From assembly GCA_977862235.1 (NCBI GenBank), contig OZ374563.1:2108001-2172000 (forward strand): a DNA stretch of 64,000 nt, written 5' to 3'. Positions 1 through 8,829 of the stretch are shown in pieces. The notes under the pieces were generated by a model. That model did no database searches. It saw nothing but the letters and a program-made list of their open reading frames with translations, and was not told the origin of the DNA. The position numbers and the translations under genes are program-made. Position 1 is the stretch's first letter; every line of letters starts with the position of its first letter. This DNA is from Dudresnaya verticillata. Lineage: Eukaryota.

Positions 1-393
1 ATGGATGGAATGGTTAGCATTTGCAACCAAGCATAGGTTTTTTTCACAACCAGCGATTGGTCTTCAAGCCCATGGGTGCTCCCCAAGAATGCTTTGTACC
101 GTTCTCAGCTGTCATCGGAGCAGTTTGCCACAAATTTCACTTCTCTGAGAACAACTCTGTATTGCTGGGTAGCTTCCCTCTGTGGTGATGGTTGGTTCAG
201 CCGCAAGCGACAGCTTTCGCATCACAGTCACAGTATCATAGGGACAACTTCCGCCAGCCGTCCCCTAAGGGTCCGACGGAACCTGTCTGAAATGCCCAAG
301 GGCTTTTCTCGCACCCTCAAAACCGAGCTGGGAAGTAGAACTACCTTTAGCCCTCTACCTCGCTCCGGTTATCGCTCTTCTCTTGTATTCAAA

Positions 394-1573
394 ATGAGAC
401 CAGGAATGTCACCCAGGGTTTCTTTACGTGCCCAGAAGCGTGATATGGAGTCAACTATGACGAGCTCAACAACGAACTACACCCAAATGAACTTTTATGG
501 TGCTGAGGATTCGGATATGTGCAGAAAGCCTACAAGGCATGATATCTACCAAGAGCCACAGCCCAAGATGCGAGCCATTTCAATGTGCGATGCTATTCCA
601 AGTTTTCGAAATTGCAGGGGTGACGGTTGTTTCAATACTTACGGCTATCTGTTCGTAGGTGGGGCAGTACTTCTTCTACTCTGTTGGATGTTCTCTGGAA
701 ATTTTATCAAATCCGGTCCACGAGAAAGTCTGCGCTCTTTCGCAAAAACTGAAGTCGTCAACAGAGATTTGTCTGATGTTGGAGATATCCCTGTGGATCA
801 TCTTGAATACTTCTCGGAGGCCAGTTGTGTTGCAGGTGAAACAGCCGAAGATGTAAGAGCGGGTCTACGAGAGCGAATGTCAAGAATTCCTGAAGCAGTG
901 CAGGACGATATCCTTTCGAACGCAGTTATTGAGGGGATGAGCACCACCAATCGTGTTCAGAATACTGTCGACTCAGGATCTGACGACGGGAAAATTTACG
1001 GCTACATGCTGTTTTGGTCGACTCAGTATAATGACGAACGCGCTAAGAGAACAGAAACATACCTAACGTGAGTACCCTCCATAACATTCATTGCTTTGCT
1101 TTCCCCTTCAGAGGAAGTATTTTGTTCAACATCGTTCCGTCGGCCAGCTTCTAACGTACGGCATATCCATTCCCCTTGAAAGGTGTTTAACTGTAGCGGG
1201 TTTGAGTTTGGAGATTGGTAAGTCTATTGCAGAGGAGCATAGGTTCTCGGAGATGGTACAAGCTGGTACAACCCCTTGTGAATGTGGTTATCTTTGGTGC
1301 GCGAAGTGTCCCATATTTGAACAGAAGGAGCATATTGAGTATGTGTACAAGCGAAAGAACCTTTCGCTAGCCAACAGAGTTGATCTGTATGAGTGGATGA
1401 CCCACAGGGCGGTAATGAGCGCACGTGCTTTGGTTCTGGCCAATGAACAGGTTGTTGTACCAGAAATGCCAAAAGGATCCTTGAGATCTAGCCCAGAAGC
1501 AAAGGAGAACGACCCCAAGCATGTTCCAGCCATCAGGGAAGCATCAGAAGAACGCTTCGTAGAGGGACGATGA
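394..1573 (+). CDS. Two-exon hypothetical single-pass membrane protein (exons ~394-1067 and 1183-1573, ~354 aa); start codon uncertain
   Basis: Intron 1068-1182 (AC|GTGAGT...TTCTAAC...AAG|G) joins ORF 76-1071 and ORF 1091-1573 in frame (ETYLT-CLTVAG). Hydrophobic segment YLFVGGAVLLLLCWMF; C-terminal CECGYLWCAKC cysteine cluster. Start placed at the AAAATG at 394. Confidence 0.7.
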
Positions 1574-2234
1574 GAATCAAGGCAGTTTGAAGTGATGCGG
1601 GCTGCATCATCTCTGGCAGTTGATATTGAAGGATTTTAAGTAGACGAATTGTTGTGTTCTCATAGCTGCAAGTAATATCTCTCTTTCGGTAACTGCTCAT
1701 TAATGGACAGTAAAACGAGAGATGTTCAACAAGAGGGGACGGGAAAGTTTCTTAATGTTGTTCTCTAATTGTTGCTTATATGGTCCTTTGCAGGCAGCTT
1801 ACGCCCATATACAGGCACGCTTGAGAGGCCACGGCCCGTGATACTACAGCAAACAAGAAACCAGCATCAATGCCCCAGAGTCTTTCGTCCCCGTGCAATG
1901 CAGTGCCTCTGACAAGGCGGCTGCAGAGCATTGCCCACAACACAAGACAAGAAAGCTCCAGCGATCCTTTGATCAACGTACTAAGTGGCGCACAAGTCTA
2001 GCACACAACGGAGTCAATAGTTCGTTGCCCTTGCGATTCGGGTCAGCTCAAGTAGTTTTGCAGTACTGTGATTCCGTAGGGTGGATATCTAGGATTCAAC
2101 AATACCCACCCCTCGCTGGGGCGGTAAAGCTTCCCATAGAGGCTAACTTGAAGCTAAAGCAGTACAGGAAACATAGGGCAATCCAATTTAATGTAGGAAA
2201 ACACCAAAGTGGAAGCTATCACCGGGACCTATTA

Positions 2235-3281
2235 CTACGCCGAAGGAGAGGGAATGTTTTCCATCACGTGAAAGCCCATTGTTTCGATCGAGCAATGACA
2301 CTTCTCTACCATCTCTTGCAGTGCCTTTTTGCACAACCTCATCTCCATCACGATTGAATTCAGGCGAGCTGGTATCTTCCAGAGTTCCGCAGTAGCATGC
2401 ATCATCCTCTCCGCGTTAACACCCCGCAATCCCACAGAATTAGCACCTGACATCGCTTGCCCGTGGCTCGTTTGATACGGAATGTATCCATATCCTCCTC
2501 CGAGCCAAACTGATTCGGTAATTGTGAACTGAAAGGAGGGCACCTCTTCAGCTCGAATGAGCCTGATTTTCTCTTTCAGGGCCGCAATTGCCGCAGACCC
2601 TCTCTTCACCTCTTCTGAAAGAAGATCTTTGCAATGATTCACCATGACGAGATAGAAGTGCAGGCTGTTATTGAACCCAAGACTCCGCTGGCCTCCTGGG
2701 ACATGGTCAAACTTCACGCGGAGAACGTCCAGAGAGCTCAGGCCCGTCATAGACTCGTACGAGTACTCATAATCAATAGCTTCACTATCGGTAGAAGCTT
2801 TCTCCAAAAGTTGCAGGACATGAACCAAGCCAGTCTCTGCAGGGCCCGAAAGATCATTTCCATGCAAACCAGGAACATGCCTAGAGGTGCCAGCGGACAC
2901 CGTACTGGCATGATTGCGGTGCCCGTCCGTGGAGCTCGAAGCGTGCCCGCCCTGTGGGTTTGAAGCCAAGCTTGACTCTGACAAATTGCGATCTCCATGA
3001 GCTTCCGAGGGGCCTGCGTGGGTTGCCTCGCCAATTGTGCATGATGGGATTCTCCACGAGTTAATGTTGCGAATCACACTAGAGCTCAAGCGCCCTTCTC
3101 CGTCACACAGCCGTCTATACCACTCGCGGTTAGACGGATTCATGGCTGGCTTAAGCTTCTGCCGGCAGTCTTGAAATGGACTTTCGACACTTTGTAAGAC
3201 TGAACGCAGTGACTGTGTCCAAGGGTTAGGCCACCAACCGCGTGATTCTGCATTTCCGGCGATGCGCACGGAATCACGCAT
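2235..3281 (-). CDS. Hypothetical 348-aa protein (ORF348), copy 1, without upstream retrotransposon
   Basis: Long uninterrupted ORF with a Ser/Gly/His-rich disordered middle and a helical, coiled-coil-like C-terminal half. Three of the seven differences seen versus copy 2 are synonymous. No family recognised. Confidence 0.6.
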   Translation of the reverse strand: MRDSVRIAGNAESRGWWPNPWTQSLRSVLQSVESPFQDCRQKLKPAMNPSNREWYRRLCDGEGRLSSSVIRNINSWRIPSCTIGEATHAGPSEAHGDRNLSESSLASNPQGGHASSSTDGHRNHASTVSAGTSRHVPGLHGNDLSGPAETGLVHVLQLLEKASTDSEAIDYEYSYESMTGLSSLDVLRVKFDHVPGGQRSLGFNNSLHFYLVMVNHCKDLLSEEVKRGSAAIAALKEKIRLIRAEEVPSFQFTITESVWLGGGYGYIPYQTSHGQAMSGANSVGLRGVNAERMMHATAELWKIPARLNSIVMEMRLCKKALQEMVEKCHCSIETMGFHVMENIPSPSA

Positions 3282-3369
3282 CTCGTAGGAAAATCTGTGG
3301 AAAGCCTTTCAAATTTTGACATCTCGAGAGACCCGCAAAATCTGCCTTCGCAGCCCTTGGGAAGAAGTG

Positions 3370-3374
3370 GAATG
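3370..3374. other. Empty (pre-insertion) copia target site GAATG
   Basis: Reads GAAGTG-GAATG-CGCC here; units 2-4 read GAAGTG-GAATG-[TGTTAG...CCAACA]-GAATG-CGCC. Confidence 0.95.
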
Positions 3375-4052
3375 CGCCCGTGCCCGACGTGAGAGTGGCA
3401 GCGGCTCGAAGACATAGCGCATGGTTAGCAGCTGTTCTCGCGCGTGAAGCAAGGAGTACATGCGGCTAGGAAAAGGGGAAACCCGACAAGGAGCGGCGTA
3501 AGGCGAAACTGTGACCACCAAAGCCCCTCCCCTCTCCAGGCCCCGTGCGTCGGTGCGCCTTGTAACAGTCTGTGTGTGTGTCTGGGAAAGTACCTCTTGG
3601 ACCTGGAGGATGCACAAAGGCGTCTTCCTTTTTTTGCTTCCCTAATACCACTGCTGATTTGAAAAAGAAGCTCACAAGAAGGTCCTATCCGGAAGAGGGC
3701 GGTAGGATTCACAAGCACATTTTTCTCCAGACTGAAAACATCAGCTGCTCTTTGATCAAGTAGTAACTCGAAGCGCTGTACGTATGAGCGAGCTTTCATT
3801 TCTGCGGCCATGAGATCGGCTGTTACAACATCTAGGCATACATCAGCGCATTACGTAGGATGGTTCTTGTCGAAGGACAACGCGATTTTGTAAGCCTTCG
3901 CAGTGCTGGATCTGTATTAGAGAGCGTGGAAAGGGCGACTATTTCGAAGATAAGACATCCAGATGCGGTGAGACCACGCCTACTGCCCAGTTCACGAAGA
4001 TGTTCATTTACTATTGGGATGTAGAATAAGTACACGAAAGGTCGTCGGAAGT

Positions 4053-4440
4053 GAGAGATGGGAACCTTTATTGTTTATGGTAGGGTGCGAAGTGAGGACT
4101 TGGAGGTTTGCAGAAATCTTGCAAAGCGCAATTGAAACGGACATACAACAGCGCCGGCATCAACTTACGAGCAAACGATAGTATGTGTGTCTCAAAAGTA
4201 AGAACAATGCTCGTTCCGTACTTCCTATCCCCCAGATGCCTATGCCTTCCAAGTCTGGTATTTGATTTCTCTACGCCTGCGTCTTCAAAGATTGTAACTG
4301 GCCCACACTGGCGATGCCGTTCCCCGATCAATGACTGACGGTGGACAGTTGTCAACAATAGTCCTTCCTATCGCTTCTTCGTGTATCCGCAATAGAAAAT
4401 CTCGCAGAACGTACACTGCCCCGTCTCGCTTACCAGGTGG
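4053..4440 (-). mobile_element. Short decayed 3' fragment of a CRE-like non-LTR retrotransposon (fragment A; repeated at +17,336 in each unit)
   Basis: Ends in AATAAAGGTTCCCATCTCTC, similar to fragments B and C. Broken frames give TIVD..., RRRREIKYQ and ILSFARKLMPALL, reminiscent of an RLE C-terminus. No GCCCC hairpin. Confidence 0.35.
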
Positions 4441-4469
4441 TAAGCCATGGTTTCCTTGATCTACTGCCC

Positions 4470-5097
4470 CATCTCCTCCGTGTTGTCCATGATGTCCATG
4501 CCGTCTTTGTCGTCTTTGTCGTCCTTGGCGTCCTTGTCGCCCATGTTGCCCTCGCCGTTCATGCGGCCATGCCGTCTTTGTCTTCCTTTTCGTCGTTGGC
4601 GTCCATGTCGCCCTTACAGTCCATGCTGTCCGTGTCGCCTGCAACCCACATGGTATTGAAGCCCTCCGTGCCTACATGTCCTCCATGCGGTCCTCCTCGC
4701 CCTTCTGCCCTTCCTCCTCGTTGTCCTCCTCCTACACTTCCGCCGTCGTGTGGAGCCTGAAGAAGGTCAACACGCCACCTCCATAAGTTCCCACCTGCTC
4801 CCTGAGGGTGTGCAGAATGTAGTCACGAGCTTGCTGCCCATCTCTCTCGGTTCCATCAACATAGGCCTGGATGGTGGCGTACAGGACGTAGACATTACCC
4901 TGAAAGATGAACGTGCACAGAATCGTCACCTCCTCCAGATCTGTGGCCTGGTTGTTGGCAATGCGCGGCGCGGAGAATCGCATCGCAGCCTCCGACATGA
5001 TGTGGCTGACATTAATCCCAAAGCGAGTCCGCTCGGCCCAAAAAGGGTTCTCTTCCGCCGACGAGGAGTCCCCCCAAAAAAGGCTAACGCTAGCCAT
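4470..5097 (-). pseudogene. Probable disrupted gene: 121-aa ORF followed by an acidic D/E/K/M low-complexity tail broken by stops and frameshifts
   Basis: ORF 4732-5097 stops at TAG, then continues EEDNEEEGQKGEED in frame and DMDANDEKEDKDGM / GDKDAKDDKDDKDGMD in shifted frames. Confidence 0.35.
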
Positions 5098-6300
5098 TTC
5101 GAGAACCCGTACAAGACCTGGTCGTACCGTACACGATAGTGATGCGTACTAATAGGAAAGAGCGAATGTTAGCAAAGGTTCGTCGCGTGTAACGAAGAGG
5201 GGTCAATGGCTTCTGCACAAACGAAACGGGGTGGCCAAGGAATTTGCGCCGCGGGAACGATTTTTTTGGCTTGATGTGTTGTAGCACTACCAGTCGGATC
5301 GAGACAGTTTGCTTTTGTAAGAAGCGCGGGAAATGTTCAGAAGAGCACAAACGATATAGACACAAACGGGTATCACCAGGCGAGGTGCTACCATGCTAAT
5401 CTATCGGCCGAGATGAATCTGCTTCTGCGATTGTCCATTCTCGAACGCCCCCTTCGCACATAATCAATGCTACTGTCACTCGCAAGCCATCCAACTCGAA
5501 CATTTCCCGTTATGACGCCGAGCACCTCAGCTCTTCGCCAGTAGTGTGGAAAAATACTGTAAGCCGTTGCTCGGTTCTGTAAAGGGCAAGGGACACCCTG
5601 TCCCATACGCCACAAGCGTGGAAGTCGAGGTGCAACAGGCTGTTGATCAAGAGGCCGTCCCCGAAGCAGTCGGCCCAAGAGGACCTCAGGCCCGGGTGGG
5701 AGTTTGCAGCACGAAGAACAAGACTGACTGCCTCATAGTGTGGCCTTTGGAGGCCGCTTTGCCTAGGAGGAGCTTGACCAGAGGGCCTGGACACTTGGAC
5801 TCAAGGGCGCAGAGAAATTCCCAAGTCCGAGCGACACGGTCATGGGCCGACCGATAGCAACCCCAGGTGATTGCTGCGTGCCGTAAACGGACATCTGCCG
5901 CGCGACGCCCGATTGCAACGCCACGTATATACCAAGGTGTTACACCTCTTTCCTGTGTGAGCGCGGTTCCGTTTGTTCGCAGATCGTTAATGCCCATCTC
6001 CGTTCACTTCGTGCAAGTGCGGATCACCGCACCGTGGATTGAGGTTTCCAAACTCTCTTCCACGCCTACCGGTTCCAGAAATACAAACAACACCGACACC
6101 GACCGAGTGTTGCCCTTCTTCCCAAGCAGGTCCACAAACGGGGCCTGCACGAAACAAAATCAACGTCCGCCTTGAACGCCTTGGCTCTGTCCGCAAACAT
6201 CAAGATTTGTGCTAGACCAGGCGCTGGCCTAGTAATTATCCAACACAATTTCCCGAGCGCTCCACAATAAACTCGTAACGTTGCAGAGTCTACAGAAATT

Positions 6301-6348
6301 TCTTTCCAATGGAACTTCGCATAATCTTTCCAATGGAACTTCGCATAA
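6301..6348. repeat. Perfect 2 x 24-bp tandem duplication TCTTTCCAATGGAACTTCGCATAA (present in every unit)
   Basis: Read directly at 6301-6324 and 6325-6348. Confidence 0.95.
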
Positions 6349-6471
6349 GCCTTCTCACTTCCCGCATGTTTAGGCAGAGATGGGAGCTGAAAACGGTACT
6401 CATATTATTGTATCTCGCTTTGTGTTTCCCGGGGATGGCAACATAGTCAGGCTCAAAACAAACGCAAACAC

Positions 6472-7900
6472 GAGATGGAGACCTTTATGTACAGGAAGTA
6501 CTGCAATAGCCCCGTAAGGGGGCCTAACTAAATTCCATGCGAAAGGCGACGCTCGAAGAGTGTGTACGACGGTTAGCAGCCACTGCGACAGATTGAAGTA
6601 CGAGAGAGGTGAGGTGGGTTAGAAGAGAGAGCTTCTCAGCTATCGACGAAGTATCCTTCATTATAGGTAAGGAAATTCGCCAAGCGCTGAGCGCCTCGAT
6701 CGAATCCAGAACCAATGGCATCTTAGATGCCAACCAGCCCACCACCATCGGATGGAGGTCTATCCGGCTCGTAGAACAAAATCGACGATAATGACGGACT
6801 TTCGCTTGCTCGCGAAACAAGACTCGGACCAATGGTTGGCTGGCTGGTAGTCTTGCAGTGGAAGGATTTCGTATGTCCGAAGATTGCGATCTGTTTCCGA
6901 AGTACGCAAGATGGTTATGCAGAGTTTCATAGTATGGTACAAACAGGGGAGCGACAGAATGAAAGAAGACATTGATATCGGACTCTGAAACTTGTTCATA
7001 TCTTATCGACATTCACGGAATGATTTCTTCATCGCAGGACTGCAAGCACGTACGTGTGTAGATACAGGGAAGAGTTACTTTGCTTCTTGAAATGAGGGTC
7101 CTGAGAAAGCTAGTGCATACCCTCCAATTTCCGGGTCACAATATTAAAGACAAAGAGCTTCCAGGGTTAGCGAAAACGTTGTCTGATCTGCCAGAGTCTT
7201 GAGAAAAGGTCAGGGTTGTTGCACAACAAGGGTTGCGCACTACGAGGCGTTAGGTGCGTCGCAATTGCCAGGTATTTCCGGGGCGGTGCCCTGGCAGGGC
7301 TTCTCTCCAGACGCATTGCAATGCCGGACAAGGGTGTGAGGGGGGAGCGGATTCTGTAGCGCCTCTTCTAAGGTCTCATTGTGCACATGGCTGAGGGTAC
7401 TGAATAGAGCGCACTTAAAAGGCCGGTTCAGTAAAGCAGAATATCGCTGAATGCCTGTCATGCCTGCCAAGTGCTGTTGGCAATGGAATTGTCCGCTTTG
7501 AGGAGATCTGGGAAGGTAGGCAGATTTGGAGTTCAGCCTTCGAGTCTTTGAACGGCGGGCAGCACCGGTGATAACAAGTTGCACGGATGCCACTACAAAA
7601 ACTCAAAATAAAATGAAGATCTGTTGAACAAAATCCAACAAAACCTGAATCGTTACTGTAAACCGATCTTAAAATACTGTAAGGTCTGCGAACGCGTCGT
7701 GGAGTTCGGCACCATGTTGCCGCCGAGACAGGAAACCTCCGAGTTTGGAGTTGAGGGCAGTATGCAGCGATCCGTCGGTCCATAGCCGTAACTCTTTCCG
7801 CGCCTTTTCCGTCGTCCGCACGCGGCGCTTCGGTCTGGAATCCTCGATGATGAGTGAACATAATTTACAATATAACCCTAGTGATGGGGGGGGGGAGGCA
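6472..7900 (-). mobile_element. Decayed 5'-truncated CRE-like (RLE endonuclease) non-LTR retrotransposon, fragment B (copies ~23808-25236, 41144-42572, 58480-59908); 5' limit approximate
   Basis: ORF 6524-7012 reads DINV..HSVAP...REQAKVRHY...LHPMVVGW...LTSLVLQSVAVAANRR, matching the RLE C-terminal pattern (DVxV..P, KxxKY, FxPxxxxG, LSxxLQ). Upstream are RRLNSKSAYLP and C..HVHNE remnants. The stop abuts a GCCCC-N5-GGGGC hairpin, followed by ATAAAGGTCTCCATCTC. Confidence 0.6.
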
Positions 7901-8048
7901 ACAGTCACCCAGACTGTTTAACACAGGATTCCATACGCATTCACGCCACGACAAGCTCATCTTTCTCAACCCTCTCTCGATCAGCCATCCCTACTGGCAA
8001 AGCGACTACCTGAACTCCTTGCGTAGAGCAACATACCCAGGAATAAAT

Positions 8049-8447
8049 ATGGACGACGATCTGACCAAGCGTTGCTACAAGGCCACTTGGCCGGGCAAGG
8101 GCAAGAAGCAGGATCCTTCCGTGCACGGTTCTTGCAATTCCGGCTACAAGTCTTCCAGCTCTAAGTCCGGCTCCAAGTCTTCAGGCTCCAAGTCCGGCTC
8201 CAAGAATTCAGGCTCCAAGTCCGGCTCCAACTCTGGCTCCAAGTCTTCTTTCAAGTCTTCTTCCAAGTCTTCCAAGTCCTCTAAGGCTTCGTCTGCACGT
8301 ACATCCACTGGCTCCTCGTACAAGCATAGTTCCTCCTCGTACGGTTCGTCCAGCAAGTGCCGCGCGTGTCCATACTGCGGTTGTATTGCCCATTCCAGGG
8401 AGTCTCTCGACCAGCATATCAGGTGCTGCCATCCGCGTGCCTGCTAA
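8049..8447 (+). CDS. Small Ser/Lys/Gly-rich protein with a single C-terminal C2H2 zinc finger (132 aa), copy 1
   Basis: CPYC-x12-H-x4-H (CPYCGCIAHSRESLDQHIRCCH) and SKSG repeats. Strong TCC/TCT/AAG/GGC codon preference starts at the ATG at 8049, not at the GTG at 7854. Confidence 0.8.
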   Translation: MDDDLTKRCYKATWPGKGKKQDPSVHGSCNSGYKSSSSKSGSKSSGSKSGSKNSGSKSGSNSGSKSSFKSSSKSSKSSKASSARTSTGSSYKHSSSSYGSSSKCRACPYCGCIAHSRESLDQHIRCCHPRAC

Positions 8448-8829
8448 CCCAGACCACAGCACAAGGAGCGACCTAAATGACTCATGCTCAGGGCTGCTTT
8501 GCACATAAATGATTCTCTTAATCTGAATCTGCACTAATTCCCATGTCACCCGCGTAGCAACACTCTATATAAACAAGTAGTAGATCAATCAACACCAATT
8601 CCCAAGTTGACTCGAGTTTTCTTGATGAGCTAGAAAGAGTAGTTCGCGCTGTGTCCCAGCGTACGCTTTAATTTATCTCTCGAGCCACCAGCATATCCTT
8701 AATCCTGCCTCGATGCGTCAGATGTTAGCACGTTTTGGCAGCTGGATTGCTGTTGAAGTGTGGTACACGCACGCATGGGAGATCTATAATGTAGAGCACT
8801 CCAGGTTGGCGCAGTCGGGGAGAACTGTC

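Noticed and set aside
76..393. GTG-initiated N-terminal extension of the first ORF, and similar GTG/TTG starts in the ORF track
   Set aside because: Eukaryotic context; ATG starts are preferred.
6212..6233. CTAGACCAGGCGCTGGCCTAG palindrome as a Helitron 3' end or rolling-circle origin
   Set aside because: Not at the unit boundary, the spacing to CTAG is atypical, and there is no Rep/helicase ORF in the unit.
6311..6348. AACTTCGCATAAT resembles a loxP arm
   Set aside because: The copies are direct, not inverted around an 8-bp spacer, and no recombinase is present; chance similarity.
7760..7790. LWTDGS looks like an RNase H first motif
   Set aside because: No downstream RNase H motifs. It lies in a decayed fragment whose other features fit an RLE-type LINE, which normally lacks RNase H.
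8144..8549. Minus-strand ORFs with LEPDLEPE / RLGARVG repeats
   Set aside because: Antisense shadows of the SKSG-repeat zinc-finger gene.
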